In this document: piece by piece, positions 1 through 10,580 of the stretch
Numbering within the stretch: the stretch's first letter is position 1
Layout: each line of letters starts with the position of its first letter
Source: Halanaerobiales bacterium
Lineage (GTDB): Bacteria; Bacillota; Halanaerobiia; Halanaerobiales; DTU029
DNA length: 64,000 nucleotides
Reading direction: 5' to 3'
Assembly (NCBI GenBank): GCA_046546395.1
Contig: JBKGXW010000001.1
Span: forward strand, 29,599-93,598
Notes under the pieces: model-generated
The model's database searches: none
Seen by the model: the letters and a program-made list of their open reading frames with translations, nothing else
Told to the model about the DNA's origin: nothing
Translations under genes and position numbers: made by a program

Positions 1-177
1 ATTGATACAGAAATCATAGCTGCAAGTATCCGCCATCCTTTCCATGTCCTGGAAGCAGCAAAAGCAGGTGCCCATATTTCTACTGTTCCATATCCTGTTT
101 TCAAGACAATGGTTCAGCATCCCAAGACAGATGAGGGTATTCAGAAATTCCTTGCTGATTGGGATAGCAGAGGCTAA
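1..177 (+). CDS. Transaldolase / fructose-6-phosphate aldolase family protein, C-terminal fragment (5' end outside window)
   Basis: Frame 1 is open from base 1 to TAA at 175-177. It reads [58 protein letters not shown], which resembles the conserved C-terminus of short TalC/Fsa-type transaldolases. It is absent from the ORF track because it has no start codon. Confidence 0.8.
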   Translation: MDTEIIAASIRHPFHVLEAAKAGAHISTVPYPVFKTMVQHPKTDEGIQKFLADWDSRG

Positions 178-242
178 CTTTGCAGACTGATTTACAATAA
201 CAAAGAGTATTGATATATTGAAAAAATATAGACTTTTTGAAG

Positions 243-270
243 AGGGGATTATCCTTATGGATAATCCCCT
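243..270 (+). terminator. Stem-loop terminator downstream of the transaldolase gene
   Basis: Perfect 12-bp stem AGGGGATTATCC / GGATAATCCCCT with a TTAT loop. The downstream T tract is weak. Confidence 0.6.
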
Positions 271-335
271 ATTAACATTTTTCAATATATTACATAAGAT
301 AATATTGATATAAATTTCGAAAAGAGGTGCAGGTA

Positions 336-1193
336 ATGGATAAAGGTAAAGAAAGTAGCCGTACAATAGAATTGAGGGACCCAATAGAGGGGAGGATAGA
401 TAAACCACGAAAGCAAGGGTTAACAATGATAATAGATAAGGGCCTGGGTCTTATGGAACTAAGAGATTTACTTGAAGTAAACAATCAGTACATAGATTTT
501 ATCAAGTTTTCCTTTGGGACAGCACTAATTTATCCTTATGAAATAATAAAAAGAAAAATCGAAATTATTAAGAACTACCAGATAGATGTTTATGCTGGTG
601 GTACACTCTTTGAAATTGCTGTAACCCAGAATAGTTTAAATGATTACCTTTTTCAATCGAGACAGGCTGGTTTCACTGCTGTTGAAATATCTAATGGCAC
701 AATTTATTTATCTCCTAAATTGAGAAAAGAGGCAATATTTAAGGCCAGGTCACTGGGATTTAAGGTCTTGACTGAGGTCGGAAAAAAAGACCGGGATAAT
801 AATTTGAGCCTGGTAGAAATGAAAAATCAAATTGAATTTGATCTTTCTTCAGGGACAGATTATATAATTATTGAAGGTAGAGAGTCAGGAAGAGCTATTT
901 CAATCTATGACGACAAAGGAAAAATAGATATGGATAAATTGAACGGAGTACTATTTGCGGTTGAAGGTTTAGAAGATAGACTTATCTGGGAGGCTCCTCT
1001 GAAAAGCCAGCAGGCTTTTTTAATTAATGAACTTGGTCCAAACGTAAGTCTGGGCAATATTCAACCTGGAGATGCAATGGCCCTTGAGGCATTAAGAAGG
1101 GGGCTGCGTGGAGATACATTTAAATATACTTTGAAGAAAGAGTTCATTGATAATAAAAATGTACATAATAAGGGGAGTATAGTAGGTGCATGA
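336..1193 (+). CDS. comA: (2R)-phospho-3-sulfolactate synthase (ComA family)
   Basis: Sequence KPRKQGLTMIIDKGLG...IDFIKFSFGT...VYAGGTLFE...AGFTAVEISNGT...TEVGKKD is typical of the ComA/YitD family. ATG at 336 lies 9 nt after AGAGG, so I prefer it to the GTG at 327. Confidence 0.85.
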   Translation: MDKGKESSRTIELRDPIEGRIDKPRKQGLTMIIDKGLGLMELRDLLEVNNQYIDFIKFSFGTALIYPYEIIKRKIEIIKNYQIDVYAGGTLFEIAVTQNSLNDYLFQSRQAGFTAVEISNGTIYLSPKLRKEAIFKARSLGFKVLTEVGKKDRDNNLSLVEMKNQIEFDLSSGTDYIIIEGRESGRAISIYDDKGKIDMDKLNGVLFAVEGLEDRLIWEAPLKSQQAFLINELGPNVSLGNIQPGDAMALEALRRGLRGDTFKYTLKKEFIDNKNVHNKGSIVGA

Positions 1194-1914
1194 TATAAGG
1201 ATAGTATTGACTCCAGGTGAACTGAAAAAAACCAGTATAGAGAATCAGATTATAATTGTTATTGATACACTGCGGGCCAGTACAACGATTATTACTGCTT
1301 TGTCTAATGGTATTAGAGAAATTTTTCCCTTCAGTACCAGGCCTGAACTGATCGGTTTTTATAATAGACAACCAGATAAAGAGAAGTATTTATTGGCTGG
1401 TGAGTATAAGGGAAAAAGGATTCGAGGCTTTGATTTAGGAAATTCACCGTTATCTTTTGCCAGTAAAAAATTCGAAAATAATATTGTATTATTAAAAACC
1501 AGTAACGGTACCAAGGTTTTGAACAGCATCAAAAAGAACAATTCAATATATATAGGGGGTTTAGTAAATAGCAAATCAATTGTACGTTTAATAAGAAAAA
1601 AACATCGAGATGTATTCCTGGTCTGTGCAGGCAGCTATGGGACATTTTCGCTGGAAGATTTCTTTGCTGCAGGGCGTTATTGTTATTTGTTGAAAAGGGA
1701 GGGATGGAAAGGTGATGATCTAACAGTTGCAGCTGCAAGGATATATGAGGATAATTCAGAGTATGATGATATAGTTAAACTGTTTTATCATTCCCGGAAC
1801 GGTCAGAATTTACTTGAACTGGGTTATAAAAAAGATATTAAGTTTTCAAGTAGAGTAGATATTTTTAATATTGTCCCTGTTTTTAATGGAGAAAAAATAA
1901 TTAAGAAAAATTAA
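1186..1914 (+). CDS. comB: 2-phosphosulfolactate phosphatase (ComB family)
   Basis: The N-terminus IVIDTLRASTTIITAL and the later GNSP motif match the ComB/YitC family. The start overlaps the comA stop by 8 nt, suggesting translational coupling. Confidence 0.85.
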   Translation: MHDIRIVLTPGELKKTSIENQIIIVIDTLRASTTIITALSNGIREIFPFSTRPELIGFYNRQPDKEKYLLAGEYKGKRIRGFDLGNSPLSFASKKFENNIVLLKTSNGTKVLNSIKKNNSIYIGGLVNSKSIVRLIRKKHRDVFLVCAGSYGTFSLEDFFAAGRYCYLLKREGWKGDDLTVAAARIYEDNSEYDDIVKLFYHSRNGQNLLELGYKKDIKFSSRVDIFNIVPVFNGEKIIKKN

Positions 1915-2078
1915 TATTTGTCAGGAGTTACAGTATTGTAAAGAATTTATTGGAGTTTTTTTGAGTGTTTTTTATATAAAAAATCAACAGGAGACTACAT
2001 ATATTGTTTATTCCTCTGGCATAAGTATAGATATGATAATGTGTCTGTATAATGGATAAAAAGGCTGGAGGAATTTCT

Positions 2079-2537
2079 ATGGTAAATAGTCTTTTATTAT
2101 ATATCATAATTATACTGGGGTTTCTGGCGCAATCACGTGTAATTGTACTGGCTGGCTTTTCTTTACTACTGATAAAAGAGCTTGGTTTATCCGGTCTATC
2201 AGAGTTTTTATGCAGTAAAGGAATTGAATTAGGTCTGTTTTTTTTACTGATGGCTATATTAGCCCCTATGATCCTGACTCCTATAAACTGGGATGAGCTA
2301 AAAAACTCATTGGGAGGGATAAGGGGTGTTGTAGCAATTTTAGCTGGTCTTCTGGCTACACAGTTTAATGGGATGGGACTTAAGCTGCTGGATGATAATC
2401 CCCAACTGATCATTGGAATAATAATTGGTTCACTTATTGGTATAGTGTTACTGGGTGGTATACCGGTTGGGCCTTTAATGGCAGCCGGTATTGCTGCTAT
2501 ACTTATTGAGCTTATTGGTTTGGTCTTGAAGTTCTAA
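2079..2537 (+). CDS. UPF0756/DUF441 family integral membrane protein (YeaL-like)
   Basis: Four to five hydrophobic helices and a glycine-rich C-terminal half (GGIPVGPLMAAGIAA) as in the DUF441 family. ATG at 2079 follows GGAGG, so I prefer it to the ORF-track start at 2052. Confidence 0.75.
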   Translation: MVNSLLLYIIIILGFLAQSRVIVLAGFSLLLIKELGLSGLSEFLCSKGIELGLFFLLMAILAPMILTPINWDELKNSLGGIRGVVAILAGLLATQFNGMGLKLLDDNPQLIIGIIIGSLIGIVLLGGIPVGPLMAAGIAAILIELIGLVLKF

Positions 2538-2616
2538 TCAGTCTTCTGAGATTTGCCTGGCCAGGAATCAATCTGGTCTTATAACTATAATAAACAAAAT
2601 AAAAGTGTGTTAATAT

Positions 2617-2913
2617 GTGATTAAGAATACTATGAAAGGATTCTATAATTCGGTTTCCGGGAGGAAGAGGTTATCCATGTTATTTTTTTACTTATTCATA
2701 ACTGGATTATTGATAATCATTCTGTGCATATTTAGGATTAAGATATCTTATATATATAATATTTATATCAGGCGAATAGATAAGAGGAGAAAGGATGAAC
2801 AGAAATTATCTGAAAGAGACATAAATAATTTAACTTTCAATTACCATACCTATCTAAAAAAATACAAGGAAAGTCAGCGGAGTAAAGGGTTTAGTTTCAG
2901 AAAAAAAGAGTAA
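2617..2913 (+). CDS. Hypothetical small membrane protein (weak call)
   Basis: 98-aa ORF with one hydrophobic helix and a Lys/Arg-rich tail. It has no recognisable family or good RBS and lies in an otherwise empty 700-bp gap. Confidence 0.2.
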   Translation: MIKNTMKGFYNSVSGRKRLSMLFFYLFITGLLIIILCIFRIKISYIYNIYIRRIDKRRKDEQKLSERDINNLTFNYHTYLKKYKESQRSKGFSFRKKE

Positions 2914-3058
2914 AAGCTTAAAATAACTTAACAACCATTATCCAGCCTATTCCAACATATTAAGTATCATTTCTTTCGCTGTTCTCAAGGCACAAAAATT
3001 GACAAAAGATTTCTTTCAAACTATCTACCTCAGGTATAAATTTAATAAAATTCAGAAA

Positions 3059-3092
3059 CCACTTGTACGAACAACCGGACAAGTGGTATAAT
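3059..3092 (+). promoter_or_regulatory. Candidate ara promoter with an AraR-type operator
   Basis: TTGTACGAACAA (3063-3074) matches the AraR core palindrome TTGTACGTACAA at 11 of 12 positions. It sits inside an 8-bp inverted repeat CCACTTGT-N12-ACAAGTGG (3059-3086). TATAAT follows at 3087-3092, 140 bp upstream of araM. Confidence 0.45.
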
Positions 3093-3232
3093 AGAATAAA
3101 CAATTATATGATTAATTAAGTAAAGAATCTGTTGATAAATACTAATATATTTGGCAATAACAATACCATAACTTAAAAATATAATTTTCAAAATGAATTG
3201 ATAAAAAGGGTAATAAATCAGGGAGGTAAAAA

Positions 3233-4513
3233 ATGCAGGTAAATCAGATTAAAGAGATTATCATTAAAGAAAATGCCAATGATGAGATACCACAGATTTT
3301 GAAAAGCTTAAGTGATTTGAAGAAGGTTTATCTAATAGCAGATAAGAATACATATTCTGTAGCAGGTGATGAACTGAGTAATAAGCTCCAGAAATATGCT
3401 TATCAGGTGGAAGAAGTCCTGCTAAAGGGTGAAAAGATTATAGCAAACACTGATTATTTATTTAAATTGCTGGAGAAAGTAAGTAGGGATGGCTATTTGC
3501 TGGCCTGCGGCTCAGGAACCATTAATGATCTGACAAGGTACATAAGTTTCAAACTGGAAGTTCCATATATGATTGTGGCTACAGCTCCTTCGATGGATGG
3601 TTATGCTTCACCAGTCTCGCCGATAACAGTAGATGGAGTGAAAACTACTTATAATGCGGTAACAGCAGAAGCCATAGTTGCCGATATAGATATCCTGAGA
3701 AATGCCCCCTGGGAGATGATTCAGGCTGGTTATGGAGACCTATTGGGTAAGATATCAGCACTGACAGACTGGAAACTGAGTAATATTATCTTTGGAGACA
3801 GCTTGAATCATGAGGCTATTTCTCTGGTAGAGGAAGAGTTAATAAGATTGATAGAACTTACTTCTGAATTAAAAGACAGGACAAAAGAGAGCATCCAGGC
3901 TCTCAGTGGTGGTCTTATCAATTCAGGAATAGCTATGCAGATTGTAGGTAATTCTCGTCCAGCATCGGGCACAGAACATCATATATCACATTTCCTGGAG
4001 ATGTATGGGGAGATATTTGAAGAAGAATTGCCTCCACATGGTATTAAAGTAGCCCTGGGAGAATACTTTGCTGCAAACCTTTATATGAAGCTTTATGAGT
4101 TTGATTTTTTAAGTCTAGAAAATGTAGATGACCTGGAAAAGAGGAGAAAACGTATCCGGGCCAATTATCTTAATAGAGCAGAACCAGTTCTTGAAACTTT
4201 AAATGAAAGATGGGAAGAGCATCAGCTGGATTTAGATATATTGAAGAAAAAGGAGAAAGAAATTAAATCCCTGATCAAAGATAATCTGGTGTATTTCAGG
4301 GAGATTGGTAGGTATCTGAAGGAAACAGGAATTATCGAGAGGGAAGATGTCAGAACGATTAAAAGGGAATGGTTATTGAAAGCTGTACAAACTGCTTTTG
4401 AAATAAGAAACCGATATACTGTTGCTGCCCTGCTGGATCAATTGGGTCTTCTGAAAGAATGGAGTTATGAAATTGTTGATGAGTTTCAGGAATTAATAAA
4501 TCATAGTGATTAA
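3233..4513 (+). CDS. araM: sn-glycerol-1-phosphate dehydrogenase, AraM-like (iron-ADH/DHQS superfamily)
   Basis: GSGTINDLTRY, ATAPSMDGYAS and GTEHHISH motifs. It is first in an arabinose gene cluster; B. subtilis araM is likewise part of the ara operon. Confidence 0.75.
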   Translation: MQVNQIKEIIIKENANDEIPQILKSLSDLKKVYLIADKNTYSVAGDELSNKLQKYAYQVEEVLLKGEKIIANTDYLFKLLEKVSRDGYLLACGSGTINDLTRYISFKLEVPYMIVATAPSMDGYASPVSPITVDGVKTTYNAVTAEAIVADIDILRNAPWEMIQAGYGDLLGKISALTDWKLSNIIFGDSLNHEAISLVEEELIRLIELTSELKDRTKESIQALSGGLINSGIAMQIVGNSRPASGTEHHISHFLEMYGEIFEEELPPHGIKVALGEYFAANLYMKLYEFDFLSLENVDDLEKRRKRIRANYLNRAEPVLETLNERWEEHQLDLDILKKKEKEIKSLIKDNLVYFREIGRYLKETGIIEREDVRTIKREWLLKAVQTAFEIRNRYTVAALLDQLGLLKEWSYEIVDEFQELINHSD

Positions 4514-4596
4514 ATTTCTGATAAAGAAGAAGGTTATATGTCAGTGTATATAGGCGAAGAATAAGTATATTTATACATTTAAAGAGTGGAAAAAGG

Positions 4597-5715
4597 ATGA
4601 TTATTTTGGACAATAATAATTACCTACCTAAATATCTTCAGGTGAAAAATTTTATATTAAAAACTATTGATGATGATGGTATACAACCTGGTGATAAAAT
4701 GCCCAGTGAAAATGAATTAAGAGAGAGGTACCATGTCAGCAGACATACAATTCGGAAGGCTCTTGAGCTTCTGGAAAGGGAGGGGCTGCTTGAAAAAAGA
4801 CAGGGTATCGGAACATTTTATCAGAAGAGACAAATGAGTTTGAGTAGAAATATAGGATTTATTAGTATTAGTCTATATGATTATATTTTTGCTGATATAC
4901 TATCGGGTATTGATGATATATTACATCAGAACGATTATCAGGTTATCCTGGGTAATTCCAAGGATAGTATAGAGAGGGAAAGACTAATACTTGAACAATT
5001 TTTAGATAAAAATATTGATGGATTAATAATCGAACCAGCCAAAAGCGCTATATCGCATTCGAATGCAGCCATTCTAAATGAATTTGTAAAGAGAAATATA
5101 CCGGTTGTGGTTCTCGATAGCCTCTATCCAGAGAAGCAATTCAACTATGTAGTTGTAGATGACCAGAAGGGCGGCTTTCTGGCAGTAGATTATCTTATCA
5201 GAATGGGTCATAGTAGAGTGGCTATGATTTATAAAAGTGCTCATAGTCCAGCAGTAGAAAGATTTAAGGGTTATAAAAATGCTCTGCAGAATGCAGATAT
5301 AAGTATTTGCAGTGAATTAATCAAGCCCTATTATAATTCAGAGTTTGAGCATCCCGAAAAATTTAGCGCTGAAATCAGAAGGATATGTCAACAGCTGCTG
5401 GAACTGGAAGAGATACCAACTGCTATATTCTGTTTTAATGATCAAACTGCTGTTTTGACAAAAGAAATATTGTCAGAAAAGGGTATAGCTATACCTGATG
5501 ATATTTCACTTGTTGGATTTGATAATTCTAAACTGGTTAAATTAAATACTATATCAATTAGCTCTATATCCCATCCCGGGAAAAAAGCGGGGGAAAAGGC
5601 GGCAGAAATAATATTATCACAGATTGAAGGCCAACAGGTCGATACCTGGACAAAAAAAATCTTTAAACCAGATCTGGTGAAAAGAGATTCGGTAAAAAAG
5701 TTAAAAGAAGAATAA
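4597..5715 (+). CDS. araR: Arabinose-utilisation repressor AraR (GntR-type HTH plus LacI/PBP sugar-binding domain)
   Basis: N-terminal GntR winged helix (PSENELRERYHVSRHTIRKALELLEREGLL) is fused to a LacI-type periplasmic-binding fold. This is the architecture specific to AraR. Confidence 0.85.
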   Translation: MIILDNNNYLPKYLQVKNFILKTIDDDGIQPGDKMPSENELRERYHVSRHTIRKALELLEREGLLEKRQGIGTFYQKRQMSLSRNIGFISISLYDYIFADILSGIDDILHQNDYQVILGNSKDSIERERLILEQFLDKNIDGLIIEPAKSAISHSNAAILNEFVKRNIPVVVLDSLYPEKQFNYVVVDDQKGGFLAVDYLIRMGHSRVAMIYKSAHSPAVERFKGYKNALQNADISICSELIKPYYNSEFEHPEKFSAEIRRICQQLLELEEIPTAIFCFNDQTAVLTKEILSEKGIAIPDDISLVGFDNSKLVKLNTISISSISHPGKKAGEKAAEIILSQIEGQQVDTWTKKIFKPDLVKRDSVKKLKEE

Positions 5716-5785
5716 ATTATAGTTCAGCTCGTTACTGAAGGAAATATTTATAAGGGAAATAATAATTTAATTGTGAGGTGTATTT

Positions 5786-6475
5786 ATGTTAAAAAAATTA
5801 AAAGAAAGTGTACTGGAAGCGAATCTTGAATTAAAGCGAAAAAAAATGATTATATATACCTGGGGAAACGTCAGTGGTATTGATAGAGAAAAAGGTTTAG
5901 TTGTAATAAAACCCAGTGGGGTTGCCTATGATCGGTTGACCGCTGACAAGATGGTAGTAGTTGACCTTGAAGGAAATGTTGTGGAAGGAGAGTTGAAGCC
6001 ATCTTCTGATACAGCTACTCACTTGATTCTGTACAGAGAGTTTGCAGATATTGGTGGTGTTGTTCATACACATTCACTGATAGCAACTGCCTGGGCTCAA
6101 TCGGGGAGGGATATACCCTGTTTTGGAACAACTCATGCTGATTATTTTTATCAGGAGATACCTGTTACTCGGGTTATGACTTCTGAAGAGGTTAAGAACG
6201 ATTATGAAGAGAATACAGGAAGGGTTATCGTAGAGAGGTTTAAAGAAAAAAATTATAATTATACACCGGCGGTTCTGGTTGCGGGACATGGGCCCTTCAC
6301 CTGGGGTAAAGATCCAGCAGATGCTGTTCATAATAGTGTTGTTCTGGAAGAGGTAGCTAAAATGGCTTTAAGTACTGTTCAATTGAATAGCGGAATAGAC
6401 GGAGTTCCCGGGTATCTAATGGATAAACACTTTTACAGAAAACATGGCGAAAATGCATATTATGGGCAGAATTGA
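5786..6475 (+). CDS. araD: L-ribulose-5-phosphate 4-epimerase
   Basis: Class II aldolase/epimerase fold with WGNVS, PSSDT..H and VHTHS motifs. Typical AraD length (229 aa) and ara context. Confidence 0.9.
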   Translation: MLKKLKESVLEANLELKRKKMIIYTWGNVSGIDREKGLVVIKPSGVAYDRLTADKMVVVDLEGNVVEGELKPSSDTATHLILYREFADIGGVVHTHSLIATAWAQSGRDIPCFGTTHADYFYQEIPVTRVMTSEEVKNDYEENTGRVIVERFKEKNYNYTPAVLVAGHGPFTWGKDPADAVHNSVVLEEVAKMALSTVQLNSGIDGVPGYLMDKHFYRKHGENAYYGQN

Positions 6476-6618
6476 GGTATAAACTTCTGATAATAAAATG
6501 GGAAATAATAATAAAATATGTTAATAGCCTTTTGGATTTAATATAGTTTTTTTGTATTTAAATTAATTTTAAATTTATCAATATCTAGCTGTGAGCTAAA
6601 AAACAAGGAGGAATAAAG

Positions 6619-8112
6619 ATGATAAATATCAAAAATTATGAAGTATGGTTTGTAACTGGAAGTCAACACTTATATGGAGAAGAGACTTTACGAGAAGTTG
6701 CCGGGCACAGTAAAAAAATAGTGGAATATTTTTCTGAAGGGGATAGGTTCCCGGTTAAAGTTGTCTATAAGCCAGTAATGACAAATTCTTCTACAATTAG
6801 AGATCTTGTTCTGGAGGCTAATGCCAATAAATCATGTATAGGCCTGGTAACCTGGATGCATACCTTTTCACCAGCTAAAATGTGGATAGCTGGTCTTAAA
6901 TTATTACAAAAGCCTCTTTTACATCTCCATACTCAATTTAATAAAGAACTACCCTGGTCTGAGATTGATATGGATTTCATGAATCTGAATCAATCAGCAC
7001 ACGGAGGCCGTGAATATGGTTTTATGGCTTCCCGTCTGCGTATTAATCGCAAGGTTGTTGTAGGTCACTGGAAGGATCAGGAAGTAGTCAAAGAGATGTC
7101 AGATTGGAGTAGAGTTGCAGCAGCATGGCAGGACAGCCAGGGTGCAAAAATAGCCCGTTTTGGTGACAATATGCGTCAGGTTGCCGTAACAGAAGGGGAT
7201 AAGGTAGAAGCCGAGATTCGATTGGGATACTCGGTCAATGGTTATGGTATAGGAGATCTTGTAAAATATGTAAATGAGGTTCAGGATAAAGAGGTTGAGA
7301 ATTTAATTAAGATATATCAGGAAGATTATTTTATAGTTGAAAGTCTATTGGATGGTGGTAAGCAGCATGAATCATTAAGAGAGGCGGCCAGAATAGAGCT
7401 CGGCATGAAAAACTTTCTTAAAGATGGAGACTTTGTCGGCTTTACAACTACCTTTGAGAATTTACACGGACTGAAACAACTCCCAGGTATGGCAGTACAG
7501 CGACTGATGGCTGAGGGTTATGGTTTTGGTGCTGAAGGAGACTGGAAGACTGCTGCACTACTGAGGGCGATGAAGGTAATGGCCTCTGGTAAAGAGACAT
7601 CCTTTATGGAGGACTATACCTATCACCTGGAAGATAACAAGATGAAAGTGCTGGGTTCACATATGCTTGAGGTCTGTCCTTCAATTGCTGAAGGAAAGGC
7701 GTCTATGGAAGTACACCCTCTGGGAATAGGTGGTAAAGCCGATCCGGTAAGGCTAGTTTTTAATGTTTCGCCTGGAGAAGGGCTAAACGCCTCACTGGTC
7801 GATATGGGTAATAGATTCCGTTTGATTGTTAATGAGGTAGAGGTAGTTGCGCCAGATGAAGATTTACCAAAGCTGCCAGTAGCAAGGGTAGTCTGGAAAC
7901 CACTCCCTGACCTAAAAACAGCGGCAGCGGCCTGGATTCTGGCTGGAGGGGCACATCATACAACATTCAGTAAGGTTGTAAGCACAGAAATGTTGGAAGA
8001 TTACGCAGAGATGGCGGATATAGAATACCTGGTAATTGACGATAATACCAGAATTAGAGACTTCAAGAATCAAATAAGATGGAATGAGGTCTACTATAAG
8101 ATAAATTCATAA
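6619..8112 (+). CDS. araA: L-arabinose isomerase
   Basis: 497 aa. The N-terminus [17 protein letters not shown] and the later FMEDYTYH and GAHHT motifs are characteristic of AraA. Confidence 0.95.
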   Translation: MINIKNYEVWFVTGSQHLYGEETLREVAGHSKKIVEYFSEGDRFPVKVVYKPVMTNSSTIRDLVLEANANKSCIGLVTWMHTFSPAKMWIAGLKLLQKPLLHLHTQFNKELPWSEIDMDFMNLNQSAHGGREYGFMASRLRINRKVVVGHWKDQEVVKEMSDWSRVAAAWQDSQGAKIARFGDNMRQVAVTEGDKVEAEIRLGYSVNGYGIGDLVKYVNEVQDKEVENLIKIYQEDYFIVESLLDGGKQHESLREAARIELGMKNFLKDGDFVGFTTTFENLHGLKQLPGMAVQRLMAEGYGFGAEGDWKTAALLRAMKVMASGKETSFMEDYTYHLEDNKMKVLGSHMLEVCPSIAEGKASMEVHPLGIGGKADPVRLVFNVSPGEGLNASLVDMGNRFRLIVNEVEVVAPDEDLPKLPVARVVWKPLPDLKTAAAAWILAGGAHHTTFSKVVSTEMLEDYAEMADIEYLVIDDNTRIRDFKNQIRWNEVYYKINS

Positions 8113-8169
8113 TTAATCAGATTTCTGTAATCAACTGGTTTTCAATAAGGTATAAACAGGAGGTAAATC

Positions 8170-9777
8170 ATGAGTCTTGAAATGAATGAGATTAGAGATG
8201 CCATTAAGAATGGTAATACAACAATAGGGATTGAATTTGGCTCAACCCGTATCAAGTCAGTCCTGATTGGGCCGGATAATATGCCGATAGCTACTGGTAG
8301 TCGCGAGTGGGAGAATAGTTATCTTGACAATATCTGGACATACAGTCTGGATAGTATTTGGAAAGGGCTGCAGGACAGCTACCAGGATATGGCCAGTAGT
8401 GTTCAAGATAAATATGGGATATCAATTCATAATACTGGAGCAATTGGTTTCAGTGCCATGATGCACGGCTACATGGTTTTTGATGAGAATGATAGCCTTT
8501 TAACACCCTTTCGTACCTGGAGGAATAATATCACTGGGCAGGCTGCTGAGGAATTGACTGAGCTCTTTAATTATAATATTCCTCAGAGGTGGAGTATAGC
8601 CCATCTCTATCAGGCTATCTTGAATGAAGAAGAACATGTCAGTAAAATCAATTATATGACAACACTGGCTGGTTATATACACTGGAAATTAACCGGAGAG
8701 AAGGTGCTCGGTATTGGTGAGGCCTCGGGAGTACTGCCTATAGATCTGGAGACGAAAGATTACAATATTGAAATGATTGATAAATTTAATGAGCTTATCA
8801 GCCCATTAGACATACCCTGGCTGCTGGAAGATATCCTACCAGGGATACTTTTAGCAGGTACTAAAGCAGGAGAACTTACAACAGAAGGGGCAAGGCTGCT
8901 TGATACAACAGGAAAATTACAACCAGGTATTTCTCTCTGCCCACCTGAGGGTGATGCGGAGACCGGTATGGTGGCTACAAATAGCATATCTGCCCGTACT
9001 GGTAATGTTTCTGCCGGTACCTCTGTATTTGGTATGATTGTACTAGAGCATGAATTATCAGGGGTTTATCCGGAGATTGACCTGGTGACAACACCTGAGG
9101 GGAAACTGGTAGCTATGGCCCATTCCAACAACTGTAGCTCAGATCTGGATGCCTGGATTAATCTCCTGGATGAGGCTGTTAGTGCTCTGGGAATGAAATG
9201 TGATAAGTCCAAGCTTTATGAAATTTTTTATAATAAAGCCCTGGAGGGTGATCCTGATTGTGGTGGCCTCTTATCTTATGGCTACATTTCAGGTGAGCAT
9301 ATGACTCACTTCGAAGAGGGGCGACCCTTATTCGTCCGTTCATCAAATAGTAATTTTAACCTGGCTAACTTTATGAGGGTACATTTATTCACCGCACTTG
9401 GTGCTTTGAAAACAGGTCTGGATATTCTTTTTGAAAAAGAGTCGGTTGAGGTTGATGAAATCCTGGGTCACGGCGGATTATTCAAAACAGAGGGAGTAGG
9501 GCAGAAAATAATGGCAGCCGCCCTTAATGTCCCTGTCTCTGTCATGGAAACAGCCGGAGAGGGAGGAGCCTGGGGTATTGCCCTGTTAGCTTCGTATCTG
9601 ATTAACCAGGAAGAAAACGAGTCACTGGTTGATTTTCTGAATCAGAAGGTATTTGCCGGTAAAATGGGTGAATCTGTTGAGCCTGATCCCCGCGATGTTT
9701 CAGGTTTTAATGAATTTATGAAAAGATACAATAAAGGCCTTGCTATTGAACGAGCAGCAGTAGAAAACCTGAAATAA
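8170..9777 (+). CDS. FGGY-family carbohydrate kinase, probable L-ribulokinase
   Basis: FGGY N-terminal ATPase motif ([13 protein letters not shown]) and C-terminal GHGGLF...GEGGAWG. Its position at the end of the ara cluster matches the non-orthologous ribulokinases of Clostridia. Confidence 0.75.
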   Translation: MSLEMNEIRDAIKNGNTTIGIEFGSTRIKSVLIGPDNMPIATGSREWENSYLDNIWTYSLDSIWKGLQDSYQDMASSVQDKYGISIHNTGAIGFSAMMHGYMVFDENDSLLTPFRTWRNNITGQAAEELTELFNYNIPQRWSIAHLYQAILNEEEHVSKINYMTTLAGYIHWKLTGEKVLGIGEASGVLPIDLETKDYNIEMIDKFNELISPLDIPWLLEDILPGILLAGTKAGELTTEGARLLDTTGKLQPGISLCPPEGDAETGMVATNSISARTGNVSAGTSVFGMIVLEHELSGVYPEIDLVTTPEGKLVAMAHSNNCSSDLDAWINLLDEAVSALGMKCDKSKLYEIFYNKALEGDPDCGGLLSYGYISGEHMTHFEEGRPLFVRSSNSNFNLANFMRVHLFTALGALKTGLDILFEKESVEVDEILGHGGLFKTEGVGQKIMAAALNVPVSVMETAGEGGAWGIALLASYLINQEENESLVDFLNQKVFAGKMGESVEPDPRDVSGFNEFMKRYNKGLAIERAAVENLK

Positions 9778-9876
9778 GATTTAGTAACTGAGAAAAATTG
9801 ATTTACTATGACAAAGTGTTTTATTATTTTTCAAATATATATACTATCTGTCAAAAACTATTTATATATAATACCC

Positions 9877-9924
9877 TAATAGGATATAGGGTTGATGTGA
9901 CTGCCTATATATCCTATTTTTTTA
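9877..9924 (+). terminator. Probable rho-independent terminator of the ara operon
   Basis: TAATAGGATATAGGG ... CCTATATATCCTATT stem (one 2-nt bulge) followed by a run of seven T. Confidence 0.5.
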
Positions 9925-10103
9925 TTCTTACATCCTAAGTTATTGCTGTTAAACTTCTATTAGGATATATGATAATTTGTTTATTGTAATGTATAATTAT
10001 TAATGATAAAATAATAATAATCTAATTAGTATGGCGTGCTCGATGTTCTCCCAATTAATTATTTTAATAGTTTTATCAAAACATAAAGGAAAGGAAGATT
10101 TTT

Positions 10104-10373
10104 ATGAGGGCTATTATAACAGTAATTGGAATGGATAAAATAGGGATTATTGCTAGAGTAAGTACTCTGCTTGCCGAGAAAAAAGTCAATATTCTTGATA
10201 TCAGTCAGACAATACTGGAAGAGTATTTTACGATGATGATGCTAGTAGATCTGGAAAATATTGAATCACCTCTTGAAGAGTTAAAAGAAAAGCTGAATCA
10301 GACCGGAGAGTCACTGGGTGTTTCTATCAAACTCCAGCATGAAGATATTTTTCGTTCAATGCATCGGATATAA
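10104..10373 (+). CDS. ACT-domain protein (UPF0237 family)
   Basis: 89 aa. MRAIITVIGMDKIGIIARVSTLLAEKKVNILDISQT is the typical ACT fold of UPF0237 proteins, which normally precede a UPF0210 gene. Confidence 0.85.
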   Translation: MRAIITVIGMDKIGIIARVSTLLAEKKVNILDISQTILEEYFTMMMLVDLENIESPLEELKEKLNQTGESLGVSIKLQHEDIFRSMHRI

Positions 10374-10374
10374 G

Positions 10375-10406
10375 ATGAAGAATAAGTATTATGAAGAATA
10401 AGTGTT
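10375..10406. repeat. 2 x 16-bp tandem repeat
   Basis: ATGAAGAATAAGTATT / ATGAAGAATAAGTGTT lie directly after the ACT-gene stop codon. Confidence 0.8.
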
Positions 10407-10462
10407 ATGTAACGGAGATAGATATAATCTTATTGTACTAGATTATGAATAAAATGAAGCAT

Positions 10463-10524
10463 AACGTATAGGCAATACGTATGAAATAAAGCAAACGTAT
10501 AGGCAATATGTGTGAAATTAAGTT
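10463..10524. repeat. 2 x 31-bp tandem repeat
   Basis: AACGTATAGGCAATACGTATGAAATAAAGCA / AACGTATAGGCAATATGTGTGAAATTAAGTT lie between the ACT and UPF0210 genes. Confidence 0.8.
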
Positions 10525-10580
10525 AATACATATGTCTTAGCTTGCTAGATGAGATTCTAGAATGCACAGGGGGTTTAGGT

